Shown: positions 48,584 to 58,005 of the stretch, in pieces
How positions within the stretch are numbered: position 1 is the first letter of the stretch
Layout: each line of letters opens with the position of its first letter
Source of the DNA: a virus
Reading direction: 5' to 3' (one strand)
IMG/VR virus record: IMGVR_UViG_3300005529_000026
Coordinates: 1-64,000 of that record
DNA length: 64,000 nt
Notes under the pieces: model-generated
Database searches by the model: none
What the model saw: the letters and a program-made list of their open reading frames with translations, nothing else
What the model was told of the DNA's origin: nothing
Program-made: the position numbers and the translations under genes

Positions 48584-48952
48584 TTACTTTTTCTGATTTT
48601 CTCTGTCCCTGCACACTGTGCAGAGATAACGCCGGTACAGAGGGTCAGGTTCAAACGTCTCAATGTGTTCAGCAGCACGAGTGCATTTCCAATCGCACCC
48701 GGACTGGCACAGCAGTGATTCCCCAGCGCTGCTTAGCTTCGTTTTGTCCTCACCAGACAAAGGCTCAATCACGAACTCTGCTTTTCGTGCCTTGATGCTC
48801 AGGAGCCGAACTTGAAACGCCAGCAGGCGTTCGTGCAGCGTGAGTCGGCGCTTCCTTAGCTCTGGCGTCTTCGTCTCGGCCACAGGCTGCGCAGCGGCTA
48901 GGTCTGTGGGCATAGAGTTGAGTGTTTCGTTGACGGCTGAAGTGATGTCCAT
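48584..48952 (-). CDS. hypothetical protein with Zn-binding C-terminus
   Basis: CQSGC...C and CTVC. Confidence 0.6.
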   Translation of the reverse strand: MDITSAVNETLNSMPTDLAAAQPVAETKTPELRKRRLTLHERLLAFQVRLLSIKARKAEFVIEPLSGEDKTKLSSAGESLLCQSGCDWKCTRAAEHIETFEPDPLYRRYLCTVCRDRENQKK

Positions 48953-49197
48953 TAAATCCTCATGCCCTGCCCCGGCATCGGGGGTGGCATTTCTCTGAGG
49001 TTGATTTTCGGCAGGTCTACAGGCCGATATCGCATGGTCTGAAGTTGTTCAGATGTTGCCCCGCCTAGAAGCTCGTCATCGCCGTAGGGAGATGGGGCAC
49101 TCAGCGAGTACCCCATTTCCTCAAACGTAGGACGCTGCCCTAGATACCGCGCAGCGAAAGCGATGACAGCGGCGAGTAGCAGTACCGCTATCAGCAT
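48952..49197 (-). CDS. small membrane-anchored protein
   Basis: AAGGAG SD; N-terminal TM. Confidence 0.6.
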   Translation of the reverse strand: MLIAVLLLAAVIAFAARYLGQRPTFEEMGYSLSAPSPYGDDELLGGATSEQLQTMRYRPVDLPKINLREMPPPMPGQGMRI

Positions 49198-49206
49198 TTG
49201 TTCTCC

Positions 49207-49362
49207 TTAGCGGCCAGCCAGCGCGAGGAACACGAGCATCAGCACTGCTCCGATGGCGAGGCCGATGTACGTCCACTTGCTGCTTTTCTTGCCGCTGAAA
49301 CGAACCGTGGGTTCGCTCTTTTCCTGTTCGCCCGTTACGGGCGGATTAGTATTCACTTCCAT
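49207..49362 (-). CDS. small membrane protein
   Basis: AGGAG SD; C-terminal TM. Confidence 0.6.
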   Translation of the reverse strand: MEVNTNPPVTGEQEKSEPTVRFSGKKSSKWTYIGLAIGAVLMLVFLALAGR

Positions 49363-49385
49363 ACAATTTGTTCTCCTGTCTACAG

Positions 49386-51251
49386 CTATCGAATCGGGCA
49401 GACGCCGCCAGCGCACTCAGTGTCTTCTAGCATTTCGCCGTCACCGATTTCGTCCATGTTGATGGGTTTGACCTTGGCCGACAATTTTTCGTATTGCTCG
49501 GCTGTGATGGCTTCTTTCGGAGCCTGCTTGAAACCGTGCTCGCTATGACACAAGAAGCTAATCGTCTTGATGTGCTGAAGATTATCCTCAAGCCACTCTT
49601 TCAGCTTGGCGATGTCTTCTTTCTTGTAGTACACCGTGACGCTCACGGACTGGTCTGCCCAATATCGCTGCGCCATTTTCAAAACGTCTAGCTGCTTCCA
49701 AGTGTCCCAATCTTCATCCGCGACCGGATAACCTTCAGGAGCCTTCACGTAGAAATCAACGACAAGCGTTTGCGGGTCAATTGAGCCGTCGAATTTCAGA
49801 ACCGGCTCGATGTGATGTCCGGCAGCCTTCAACAAAGGAATGAGCGGGTCGTTTGATGCGAACCGCACACGCTGGATGAAGTGGCGGCTGTACGCGGCAT
49901 GAATGCCCTCGTACCCGTCGCAGTCCAGCACCTTCGACATCGTGCCTGAAGGCTTCACGACCGTAGTGCGAACGCTCCTAGGAACGCCTAGCTCTTTCGA
50001 GTACCTCTCATCCTCGTCCTGAATTGCTGCATACGCCTTGTCGAGCGACACAGGATTGAAAAGGGGAGACGCTAGACAGCCTGTGATTCCCACACCAACA
50101 CGCCGGTTGCGCTTAATGACCTCATCACTGACCTCGTGGTGATATTTCTCCATCGTCACACGCTTGCCATAACGAAACCATAGACGCGAGGATTCAATGA
50201 ATTCAGCCTCGCTCTCCATGTTGCACAGAGCTTGTTCGAGAAGGTTGCACGGCTCGCCGTTTTCTAGTGTTGCCTCGGCACAAGGGTTCACACCGATGGC
50301 CGTATCCTTCTTGATTTCTCCCATGCGCCCGAACTTCTGGATGTTTGTGAGATTGACGATGCCGAACGGCTCGCCCTGCTCGTACGTTTTCCAGAACAGC
50401 GGATGCAGGTCTTCCACGTCATCGCAGACGACGCTGTAATTAGCGCAGCTACGATGTGTCGGGATTGTGTCCAAATCCCAGCGCTTAGCTTTCAGGTATT
50501 CCTTGTCCCAGCAGTCACCAATGATGATGATGGCGCTGCGGCGGACGTTTCCAGCCACAACCATTTCTCCTGTGGCTGTCAGAATGTCGGCTGCGTCAAT
50601 CGGGCGTAATTGCTTTCCCGCTCGTGCTCCTAGAATTTTGCTAAGGTTCTCGATGAACCGGATGAGCGGCAGCGGCCCTGAAGCCACACCGCCGAATCCC
50701 TTGATTGGCTCGCCGTAACCGCGCAAGCAAATCGTTGAGTAGCTGAAAGATTTGCCAGTGACAAAATAAGATTCCAACACTCGGCGGGTAAGTTCGCACC
50801 AACCCTCACGACTGTCAGGAACGATGAAGTCGGCATCCTTGGTCGCTTTGTGAACGACCGTAACACCCTTCTTTACTCGCGGCAGTTGTCTGACGAACTC
50901 ATGCTGCACACTCAAGCCAACGCCGCCGCCCAGCATCAGCAAATCCTGTGCAATTACGAAGTGCTCCCACTCGGCAGCAGTCAAAAACCAACAGTTGCAC
51001 AGAGCAGCGCCTCCGATTCGCTCATGCGCTGGTGCCCCGCTGAACCAGAAACCACGCCCAGCCGGGCCGGATTTGCGCTCTTTGGCGAACTTTAGAAGCG
51101 CCTTGACTTCTGCTTCGGGTACACTGTGGCCGCGCACGTTACCCCTCACGGCCCGTTCGACGGTAGCGTTCCAGTCTTCTAGAGCGCCTGTGTCTTTCCT
51201 TGCGTATGTTCGTCTGTGAATAATTGCAGCCAGATTAGACCAAGGTTTCAC
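49386..51251 (-). CDS. nrdJ: class II (B12-dependent) ribonucleotide reductase
   Basis: RRTYAR, NCWF, GNVRRSA, NPCAE, CNL, VKPSGT, terminal ECAGGVCPIR. Confidence 0.95.
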   Translation of the reverse strand: MKPWSNLAAIIHRRTYARKDTGALEDWNATVERAVRGNVRGHSVPEAEVKALLKFAKERKSGPAGRGFWFSGAPAHERIGGAALCNCWFLTAAEWEHFVIAQDLLMLGGGVGLSVQHEFVRQLPRVKKGVTVVHKATKDADFIVPDSREGWCELTRRVLESYFVTGKSFSYSTICLRGYGEPIKGFGGVASGPLPLIRFIENLSKILGARAGKQLRPIDAADILTATGEMVVAGNVRRSAIIIIGDCWDKEYLKAKRWDLDTIPTHRSCANYSVVCDDVEDLHPLFWKTYEQGEPFGIVNLTNIQKFGRMGEIKKDTAIGVNPCAEATLENGEPCNLLEQALCNMESEAEFIESSRLWFRYGKRVTMEKYHHEVSDEVIKRNRRVGVGITGCLASPLFNPVSLDKAYAAIQDEDERYSKELGVPRSVRTTVVKPSGTMSKVLDCDGYEGIHAAYSRHFIQRVRFASNDPLIPLLKAAGHHIEPVLKFDGSIDPQTLVVDFYVKAPEGYPVADEDWDTWKQLDVLKMAQRYWADQSVSVTVYYKKEDIAKLKEWLEDNLQHIKTISFLCHSEHGFKQAPKEAITAEQYEKLSAKVKPINMDEIGDGEMLEDTECAGGVCPIR

Positions 51252-51445
51252 TAGAATCTAACCGGCTCCGGCTTATGGACTTTCTTGATGTTCTTCATTT
51301 CTGTGACTAGGCCGCAACCGGGGTCGGGAAGGATAAGTGTCATGTCCTTCGTTTTCCTGCTCACGATGCCATAGCCTGTGTTGCCTTTTTGGTCGGTGAA
51401 CGAAACGCGGTCACCTTCCTTCAAAACTTCTAGCTGCTCAGCCAC
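51251..51445 (-). CDS. small SH3-like hypothetical protein
   Basis: LKEGDRVSF...G.GIV. Confidence 0.55.
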   Translation of the reverse strand: MAEQLEVLKEGDRVSFTDQKGNTGYGIVSRKTKDMTLILPDPGCGLVTEMKNIKKVHKPEPVRF

Positions 51446-52448
51446 GCTTTGCCAGTACCTCTTTCAGAATTTTCTGATAGAGAGCGGCATCCTCCAATGC
51501 TGCTGCTGCGTTAAGCCTGCCCTGCCCTAGGCGTTCGCCTTTGTAGCTGAACCAAGCGCCCGACTTCTCGACAATCTCATACTTCACTGCGTTGTCAATC
51601 AAGTCAGCCTTCGGCTCGAAGCCAAGACCAAACATCAGGTCAATCTCTGCTTCTTGAAACGGTGGGGAGACTTTGTTCTTCGCGCCCTTAACCTTCACGC
51701 GATTGCCCACAATCAGGTCGCCTTCCTTGACCTGCGCGATGCGGCGCACATCTAGACGTACGCTGGAATAGAACCGCAGCGCTCGTCCCCCTGTGGTGGT
51801 TTCAGGGCTGCCAAACATTACGCCGATTTTTTCTCGAATCTGGTTGATGAAGATGAGACAGGTGTTGCTTTTCGCCACTACACCAGTCAGCTTGCGCATG
51901 GCCTGCGACATCAAGCGGGCTTGCAAGCCCACGTTGCTGTCGCCCATCTCACCCTCTAGCTCTGCTCTAGGCACCAGTGCGGCCACGGAGTCCACTACCA
52001 GCAACCCCACTGAACCGGAGCGCACGAGGATTTCAGCAATTTCAAGCGCCTGCTCGCCGCAGTCGGGCTGCGACACGAGGAGCTTGTTCATGTCTACGCC
52101 CAGTTTTGTGGCGTAGTTCGGGTCTAGCGCATGCTCCGCGTCAATGAACGCGGCCTGCTCGCCCGCAGACTGTGCAGAGGCGATGGTTTGTAGCGCCATC
52201 GTCGTCTTGCCGCCTGCCTCCGGCCCGTAGATTTCGTTGATGCGCCCCTTCGGAAAGCCGCCGATGCCCAGCACGTCATAATCAACGCTAAACACGCCGG
52301 TAGGGATGTGTGGCATCTGCACGCCGACACGCTTTCCCATGTTGAAGATGGCACCCTTGCCAAAGTCCTTGTCAATCTGCGCTAGGGCCATATCTAGCGC
52401 TTTTTCCTTGTCCTTCGGAAACGAAGGCGCTTCCTGCTCAATTGCCAT
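51438..52448 (-). CDS. recA: RecA recombinase
   Basis: [44 protein letters not shown]. Confidence 0.97.
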   Translation of the reverse strand: MAIEQEAPSFPKDKEKALDMALAQIDKDFGKGAIFNMGKRVGVQMPHIPTGVFSVDYDVLGIGGFPKGRINEIYGPEAGGKTTMALQTIASAQSAGEQAAFIDAEHALDPNYATKLGVDMNKLLVSQPDCGEQALEIAEILVRSGSVGLLVVDSVAALVPRAELEGEMGDSNVGLQARLMSQAMRKLTGVVAKSNTCLIFINQIREKIGVMFGSPETTTGGRALRFYSSVRLDVRRIAQVKEGDLIVGNRVKVKGAKNKVSPPFQEAEIDLMFGLGFEPKADLIDNAVKYEIVEKSGAWFSYKGERLGQGRLNAAAALEDAALYQKILKEVLAKRG

Positions 52449-52707
52449 TTACTTGTTCGTAGGTCTGCTCGAAAATGTCGGGCTTGCAGGGATAGAAATG
52501 CTTTCCGTCCGGCTCACCGATTACCCAATCTCCATCTGCTAGATAAGACCTCTGCTCGTGGATTGTGGTGACATACGGCCTCTCCGCCTCATCAAAGCGA
52601 ATAGCGTACAGAAGCCACGGCGAACAGAAGCCATTCACGCGATATTGCTCAGCCGTTACGACAACCGGCTTCTTGCGGAACTGCCTAGCCATTCTGAGCC
52701 TGCTCAA
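52438..52707 (-). CDS. conserved phage protein
   Basis: [13 protein letters not shown]...GDWVI...[14 protein letters not shown]. Confidence 0.8.
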   Translation of the reverse strand: MSRLRMARQFRKKPVVVTAEQYRVNGFCSPWLLYAIRFDEAERPYVTTIHEQRSYLADGDWVIGEPDGKHFYPCKPDIFEQTYEQVNGN

Positions 52708-52960
52708 CGGGCGTCAGGTCAATGTAGAAGAACTGGCCCTTCTTCAGCGTCTCAATGACGGCGGGGTTATCCACGAACATCTTGAACTCGCCGCTCGGAG
52801 TGAACTGCGCGAAGCGCTGGTCTTCTGGAATGTTGGTGTCGTACATCGGACGGAGCACGATGGTGCGCCCGGTCGGGTGCCAGCTATGCTCGGTGATTTC
52901 CTGAACCTGAAACTTTGCTCGTACCGTGTTAACCACGAAGTGCTCCCTCGTTGTCTGCAA
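52685..52960 (-). CDS. conserved phage hypothetical protein
   Basis: VRAKF...EDQRFAQFTPSG...NP...FYIDLTP. Confidence 0.75.
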   Translation of the reverse strand: MQTTREHFVVNTVRAKFQVQEITEHSWHPTGRTIVLRPMYDTNIPEDQRFAQFTPSGEFKMFVDNPAVIETLKKGQFFYIDLTPVEQAQNG

Positions 52961-53360
52961 TCATCATTGCGTAGTTGCCTGCGTCTGCGCACAGGTCGCG
53001 GATTAGCTCGGCTGACATACCGGCCTCTAGCGCGTTGACAATCATTGCTGCCTTCTGCGTCAGCTTGCCAGCCAGAAAGAACTTGCCATCATGCTTCCAG
53101 CCATTCTTTCCGGGCTGTCCGTCTACCTCATCGAGCCTCGATTGCATTTCTAGCGCAAAAGCGAACACCGACTCATCAACTTCTTCGCTTTTATCTGCCT
53201 GTTCGTCGTTAACATTCACGTTGATATCCACCTGAACGCGCTGAGGCTGCGGCGGAAATATTGTGAAGCTATTAGCGAATCCACCCACCACATTCGTATT
53301 GGGGTCTGAGATTGGCGGCAAAGGAGGAATCAAGCCACTTTGGGTGTTGCTGTCTGACAT
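52929..53360 (-). CDS. hypothetical protein (MazG-like helical C-terminus)
   Basis: FALEM..RL...GW...CADAGNYAMMIADN. Confidence 0.6.
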   Translation of the reverse strand: MSDSNTQSGLIPPLPPISDPNTNVVGGFANSFTIFPPQPQRVQVDINVNVNDEQADKSEEVDESVFAFALEMQSRLDEVDGQPGKNGWKHDGKFFLAGKLTQKAAMIVNALEAGMSAELIRDLCADAGNYAMMIADNEGALRG

Positions 53361-53572
53361 TCCTGCTCCTTGATGTAAAGTTCTAGAAACTTGAGGTATT
53401 TACTGCCTTGAACTTTGCTCACGACTTCTCTCCCCATCGTTTCTAGGGCCGCTCTCGCGGTCGTGTAGCGTGCAACTTGCACCGTGAAGAACTTGAACCA
53501 GCACGCTTTGCAATTGCACTTCGGAACTCTCAACGCCTGATAACGGCTATACGAACCGCACTGTTCTTGCAT
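53330..53572 (-). CDS. hypothetical protein with Cys cluster
   Basis: PKCNCKACW. Confidence 0.55.
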   Translation of the reverse strand: MQEQCGSYSRYQALRVPKCNCKACWFKFFTVQVARYTTARAALETMGREVVSKVQGSKYLKFLELYIKEQECQTATPKVA

Positions 53573-53760
53573 TACCGATAAACTCCGGTTAACGCGAACT
53601 CCATGTCGGCTACTTCACCGACAGGTGTTACGAAATCATCAGCCGCCATGCCCTTGGCTTTCTCGTAGGCATCTTCGATGGACTTTGCCATCATCTCGAC
53701 GTAAATCGTTGCCTTTACTTCTGCTTGGATAAAGAACCTTTTCTGCTCTTGCTTTGCCAT
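53572..53760 (-). CDS. hypothetical protein
   Basis: AKSIEDAYEKA; coupled in operon. Confidence 0.6.
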   Translation of the reverse strand: MAKQEQKRFFIQAEVKATIYVEMMAKSIEDAYEKAKGMAADDFVTPVGEVADMEFALTGVYR

Positions 53761-54156
53761 TTATCGCGTGTCCTTCGCTTTCATGTACCGTGCAAACGGG
53801 TAAACGTGACGCTGAATGAGCAGACGGCCCATCTTCTCTCGCACCCGGTTATACAAGTCCACGAACTTGTCGTCTTTCAGTTCCTCTTGCGTGGGGTTGC
53901 GCCCGGTTGCAATGTCTGCAAAAAACGCGAACTCCGTTCCATTCAGCGCGACTTTCGCGCACACTTCCACATCCGCAAGGAAATCAACTAAAGTGGGTTT
54001 CACCACGCCAATTGCGTGACTTCCCCCTGTTCCTTCTAGCGCCCTCTCGTAGTTGATGGCTTGGTGACTTCCCGCTGTCCAGCGAGCTTCAACATACGTT
54101 GCCATCACTTCATCGAAAACTGAGCGCCAATAGAAGCGCTTACTGCCCTTAAGCAT
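53761..54156 (-). CDS. hypothetical protein
   Basis: 131-aa ORF in operon. Confidence 0.6.
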   Translation of the reverse strand: MLKGSKRFYWRSVFDEVMATYVEARWTAGSHQAINYERALEGTGGSHAIGVVKPTLVDFLADVEVCAKVALNGTEFAFFADIATGRNPTQEELKDDKFVDLYNRVREKMGRLLIQRHVYPFARYMKAKDTR

Positions 54157-54571
54157 TACGTGTTACTTTCGTTTCCCGTTTTTGAGGCTGCTTGGTGCCG
54201 TGTGGCCCATATCGCCTGTTTTTTGCTTTCCGTGTTACTCGTCCAACAACCCCGTAAACGTTCTCTCCCAAAGCCGCTGTCACCGTAGGATTTTCTAGGT
54301 AATCAGCCGCCCGTCGTAGCAACGCGGGGTTGTCTTTGAACGCTTCGAGCGCTCGGTTAATCTTCCAGTCAATGAAGCCGCGCACTAGCCCGGTCGCATG
54401 GTCATGGTCAACGACCAATCGCTTTGAGGGCTTTCCAGTTATGGCGCACACGCCTTTTTGGAACTTTAGAACTGCGTCATATTCCTCTGCTGTGATGTTG
54501 AACAGGAGCTTTAGACGCTGTGACCGCTTTCGCTCCGCTGCACTCTGCGAAGCCTTAGCCACTTTTGTCAA
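54149..54571 (-). CDS. endonuclease VII-like nuclease
   Basis: Q.GVCAI...LVVDHDHATGLVRG...N. Confidence 0.85.
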   Translation of the reverse strand: MTKVAKASQSAAERKRSQRLKLLFNITAEEYDAVLKFQKGVCAITGKPSKRLVVDHDHATGLVRGFIDWKINRALEAFKDNPALLRRAADYLENPTVTAALGENVYGVVGRVTRKAKNRRYGPHGTKQPQKRETKVTRNA

Positions 54572-54810
54572 CGATGAATGTCCACTACACGCCCTTGGTC
54601 GTCCAAGCGTAGGCCGTGCTTCGCTGCAAATTCTTCATCTGGTGCCCATCGCGCCACACTGCCGTCCGCATAAATAGTGACTAGAATGGTTTTCTTACCA
54701 GCCGTGTCCTTAGCAACGACATGAACGCCTTCTGGTGTGTGGGTGTTCCTTTCCAGATAAAGAAGAACTTCGTCAGTGTCCGGCAATACATCAACAAATC
54801 TCATGCTCAT
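54568..54810 (-). CDS. hypothetical protein
   Basis: 80-aa coupled ORF. Confidence 0.55.
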   Translation of the reverse strand: MSMRFVDVLPDTDEVLLYLERNTHTPEGVHVVAKDTAGKKTILVTIYADGSVARWAPDEEFAAKHGLRLDDQGRVVDIHR

Positions 54811-55097
54811 TCCGGTTCAACCTCTTTCAGAAAACCATCCACAACGAACACGGCGTACTTGATTACACCGCCGTGCCATACTCCGAAAAGAACCGCAGGT
54901 ACGCGCTTAGAGCGATAGTTCTTCTGCATGAACTCACGTAGCTCCTCAATGCCTTGCCGATGTTGTTCCCACACCGTTGCGCGGTTCTTCTCGCAAATTT
55001 CTACTCCGTCAATCACTTCTCCGAAGACACCTGTACGGATGCCTTGTTGGTCGGCCCATGATTTGCGCACACTTGTCCCTTGAAGGCCCGTCAGCAA
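54807..55097 (-). CDS. hypothetical protein
   Basis: 96-aa ORF, start uncertain. Confidence 0.45.
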   Translation of the reverse strand: MLTGLQGTSVRKSWADQQGIRTGVFGEVIDGVEICEKNRATVWEQHRQGIEELREFMQKNYRSKRVPAVLFGVWHGGVIKYAVFVVDGFLKEVEPE

Positions 55098-55110
55098 TGA
55101 GGGCGATTTG

Positions 55111-55143
55111 AAAGAAGGGGCGCTTCCGCCAAGAAAGCGCCCC
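55111..55143 (-). terminator. intrinsic terminator
   Basis: GGGGCGCTTTC/GGAAGCGCCCC + TTCTTT. Confidence 0.8.
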
Positions 55144-55193
55144 GTTTTGGCAGGGGACTACTGATGTCCCGCACTCATAGTCAGTTCAATCGT
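55111..55193 (-). ncRNA. candidate trans-acting small RNA (~80 nt)
   Basis: Bounded by promoter (55200-55228) and terminator (55111-55143); contains CUAUGAGUGCGG complementary to MCP and tail-tube leaders. Confidence 0.6.
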
Positions 55194-55199
55194 ATCTTT

Positions 55200-55228
55200 A
55201 TAATACCAAAGAACTAACTGCTTGTCAA
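55200..55228 (-). promoter_or_regulatory. sigma70-type promoter
   Basis: TTGACA-17-TATTAT with extended -10 TG; GTAGACA 10 nt upstream of -35. Confidence 0.85.
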
Positions 55229-55249
55229 GCACCGAGTCTGTCTACGCTT

Positions 55250-57163
55250 TTATACTTCTACAGTTTCGTTGCTTATGGCTGTGGTCGGCGGAATGGCTTT
55301 CTTGAGGGAAGCCAAGTCCTCCGGTGTGATTTCTCGTACTGTGCTGATGTTACCTTCCATCAACAACGTGCAGACGCCCCCCGGCGCGTATCTAGAAAGG
55401 TCTACGCGAACGAGCATCTGAGGTTCAAACGAGATTTCCTCGTCCATGAAGCCGTCGAAGTCGTTTTCTCGAATGTGTGCTTTGCGTTTTCTGTGCAAGC
55501 ACACCATCGCATCGCAGTCTTTCTCAATCTGGCTGGCACCATCTGCATTGTGTGCATCAACAATCTCGCCGTCACGAACCCGATTGGGCTGGACGATGCG
55601 GATGATGACGATTCCTAGCTCTACAGCTAGGGCTTTGAGCTTTTTGGAAATCTGCGACAAGTGAACCGTGCGGTTGTGCTGGCTTCGCAGGGTCATGTCG
55701 GCCAAAAGCTGTAAGTTGTCGAACACTACGAACTTTACGCCGTACCGACGGACGGCCTGCCGGATGGTGTCGTAAACATCATCCGGGGTTTGAACACGAG
55801 TGAAGGCGAACAGCAGGTCAGCAGGTCGTGTGCGGGCAATTTCCTTGGCCTTGGCTACGGCTGCCTTCATCTCGGCCAGCTTGCGAACCGCTTCTTCCGG
55901 GTCTTTGGCTGGCGAGTCGTCCGTCTTGGTCACGTAACTGGCCCATTTGCGGGCTAGACGTGCCGCCGTCATTTCTAGGCAGAACACCAGTGCAGGGTCT
56001 TGGTACTTGTCTACGATGTAGTCGGCCCAATTCAGCGCTAGCGTGGTTTTGCCGATTTTGGCCTGAGCGATGATGTCAATGACATCGCCCGGCTCGGCCC
56101 CACCCAGCTTGCGGTTGAGAGCCGCCCACGGCGTGTCGTACTTTGGCTTCAACGACTCCATGCCGTTCAACTCACGCTCAACCTCATCGAGCGCAGCAGG
56201 GGCGTTCATCACACCCTTAACGTCAAACGGCTTGGCCTGAGCCTTTAGGGTCTCGAATTCTTCCCTCGTGTGACCGGCCTTGAACCACTCGTTGATGTCC
56301 TTGCCCGGCTTGCCGTCAGCCGTTGTGAATTCCGGTAACAGGATGTTGCGGGCTTTCTCGATGCCGATGCGGGAGGCCATCTCACGCGCCGCTTCCTGCC
56401 CAACCTTGTCACGGTCGTAGAGCAGGAAGATTTCTTTGGGCTGAGCGTTATCGAGCTTGTCAATCCACTCGGCTTTCTTATTGTTAGCGCCGGGGATGCC
56501 GCAGACGTTCTCGTAGCCGTAGCTAGCCAGTGTGAGGGCATCAATCTCACCCTCGGTGAAGATGATTTCATCCATGCCGGACGTGATGACCGCATCGTTG
56601 AATAGCGGCTGCTCACGCCCTGAGACGTTGCGAAATTCCTTCTTCGCTGGCGGGATGGTACGGAACTTGGCGTAGATGAGGTTCCCGGCCCGGTTGTAGT
56701 AGGGGATGACAACCCACTTCTTGCCGCCGAATTCCTCTGAACCTAGCTTGAACTTTTCAATGACAGCCATTGACAGGCCGCGCTCGGCTACTAAGTAGTC
56801 TAGCGCTTCGCCATCGTCCATCAGCCTGCGATGGCATGCGTTCACGTCAGGTAGTGGCCCCGGTTGCTGGCCGTTTCCGGCCCAGCCCTGAACCGACATC
56901 ACCGCTTCGGGCTTGTTATCGCCCAGCGCTTCCTTCAACTGCCACAGATTGCCGCTACGTCCCTGCCCCTGATTGCAGATGAAGCAATGCCACAGCCCGT
57001 CTTCTTCGCCAGCGCCAACGTTGATGTAGAACTTGCCGCGCTCATCGCCGCATAGCGGGCACTTCTTCAGTACCGCCTTGTCTTTTCCACTCGGCTGAAA
57101 TTCCCATGTCTTGAGCATGACATATTCCAGCGCTCTAGATGGCGACTGTTCTGTTTCTATCAA
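55250..57163 (-). CDS. T7/Twinkle-type primase-helicase
   Basis: CPLC..CFIC zinc finger, TEGEIDA and YDRD TOPRIM, AKIGKTT, VFDNL, GASQIEKDCD. Confidence 0.95.
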   Translation of the reverse strand: MIETEQSPSRALEYVMLKTWEFQPSGKDKAVLKKCPLCGDERGKFYINVGAGEEDGLWHCFICNQGQGRSGNLWQLKEALGDNKPEAVMSVQGWAGNGQQPGPLPDVNACHRRLMDDGEALDYLVAERGLSMAVIEKFKLGSEEFGGKKWVVIPYYNRAGNLIYAKFRTIPPAKKEFRNVSGREQPLFNDAVITSGMDEIIFTEGEIDALTLASYGYENVCGIPGANNKKAEWIDKLDNAQPKEIFLLYDRDKVGQEAAREMASRIGIEKARNILLPEFTTADGKPGKDINEWFKAGHTREEFETLKAQAKPFDVKGVMNAPAALDEVERELNGMESLKPKYDTPWAALNRKLGGAEPGDVIDIIAQAKIGKTTLALNWADYIVDKYQDPALVFCLEMTAARLARKWASYVTKTDDSPAKDPEEAVRKLAEMKAAVAKAKEIARTRPADLLFAFTRVQTPDDVYDTIRQAVRRYGVKFVVFDNLQLLADMTLRSQHNRTVHLSQISKKLKALAVELGIVIIRIVQPNRVRDGEIVDAHNADGASQIEKDCDAMVCLHRKRKAHIRENDFDGFMDEEISFEPQMLVRVDLSRYAPGGVCTLLMEGNISTVREITPEDLASLKKAIPPTTAISNETVEV

Positions 57164-57182
57164 TCAAACCACTCCCTTGCCT

Positions 57183-57362
57183 TCATCGCCCCGATACGGA
57201 ACGGACGCGAAATGTTAGTGTAGGATTAGCTCGACGCAAATTGTCGGCGTCTCTGTGTGCCTGAGCCTTGGTCATCAACTGTATCGGCTTCAGTACGACC
57301 CACTTGTTCTCGCCCTTGCGCGAGGCATAGACCGTGTAACTACGCTTGCTCACGCTTTTCAC
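57183..57362 (-). CDS. small hypothetical protein
   Basis: basic ORF; start reassigned tentatively. Confidence 0.4.
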   Translation of the reverse strand: MKSVSKRSYTVYASRKGENKWVVLKPIQLMTKAQAHRDADNLRRANPTLTFRVRSVSGR

Positions 57363-57457
57363 CCTTCTCTTTTGGGCTTGCGGCGGTCGGGTGGGCCGGT
57401 GTTTAGGTCGCGTTCGCATTCTCTGCACTCAATGCTCATATGGCCTCCTCCAAATTT

Positions 57458-57610
57458 TCAGCCGATGAACAAGCAGCGTTGGCACTGCTCGGTGTGGCTC
57501 CAAAACAGAGCCACGGTTTCCATTCTGTGCCCAACAAACGGGCAGACGAGTGTGCCACAAACTACTGCTGCTAGTCGCTTCCACAAAGAGACATCCACAG
57601 GTAAACTCAC
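57458..57610 (-). CDS. small Zn-binding protein (50 aa, not in ORF track)
   Basis: CPFVGH...CQRC; GAGG SD and GTGA overlap. Confidence 0.6.
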   Translation of the reverse strand: MSLPVDVSLWKRLAAVVCGTLVCPFVGHRMETVALFWSHTEQCQRCLFIG

Positions 57611-58005
57611 GCGACCTCTGTAAGCTCAAACTGCCCGAATGGAATGGCGACGGCTCCATACAAAGCGTCCTTCATCGCTGCCGCACCATCTGCATTCCAC
57701 GAATGAATAACAACGTTTTCTCCGAGATAACGGCGTCCCGCCAAATACTTAGCCACTTGAAAACCAGTTCCTTGAGGGCACGTCCCATCAGCATGAAGAA
57801 CTCCTAGGTCGTGGTCTAGGAATACGATGTCAAACGGTTGAGGGGAACGTGCAATGACCTCAATCGCTTCGTCGGCTGTTTGAACGAGTGTGAGATTGCT
57901 GACACGCTGCTTAAACCACGCAATGCGGTTGTCGCTGTCTTCCAGCAGGAGCACACGAGCGCCGCGTGGAATTTTTATCTGCACGTTCAATTTCTTTCTC
58001 GACAT
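57607..58005 (-). CDS. cyclic-phosphate-processing receiver-like domain protein
   Basis: LLLED..R, VFLDHDLG, TGFQVA, VIHSWN..GA..M. Confidence 0.85.
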   Translation of the reverse strand: MSRKKLNVQIKIPRGARVLLLEDSDNRIAWFKQRVSNLTLVQTADEAIEVIARSPQPFDIVFLDHDLGVLHADGTCPQGTGFQVAKYLAGRRYLGENVVIHSWNADGAAAMKDALYGAVAIPFGQFELTEVA

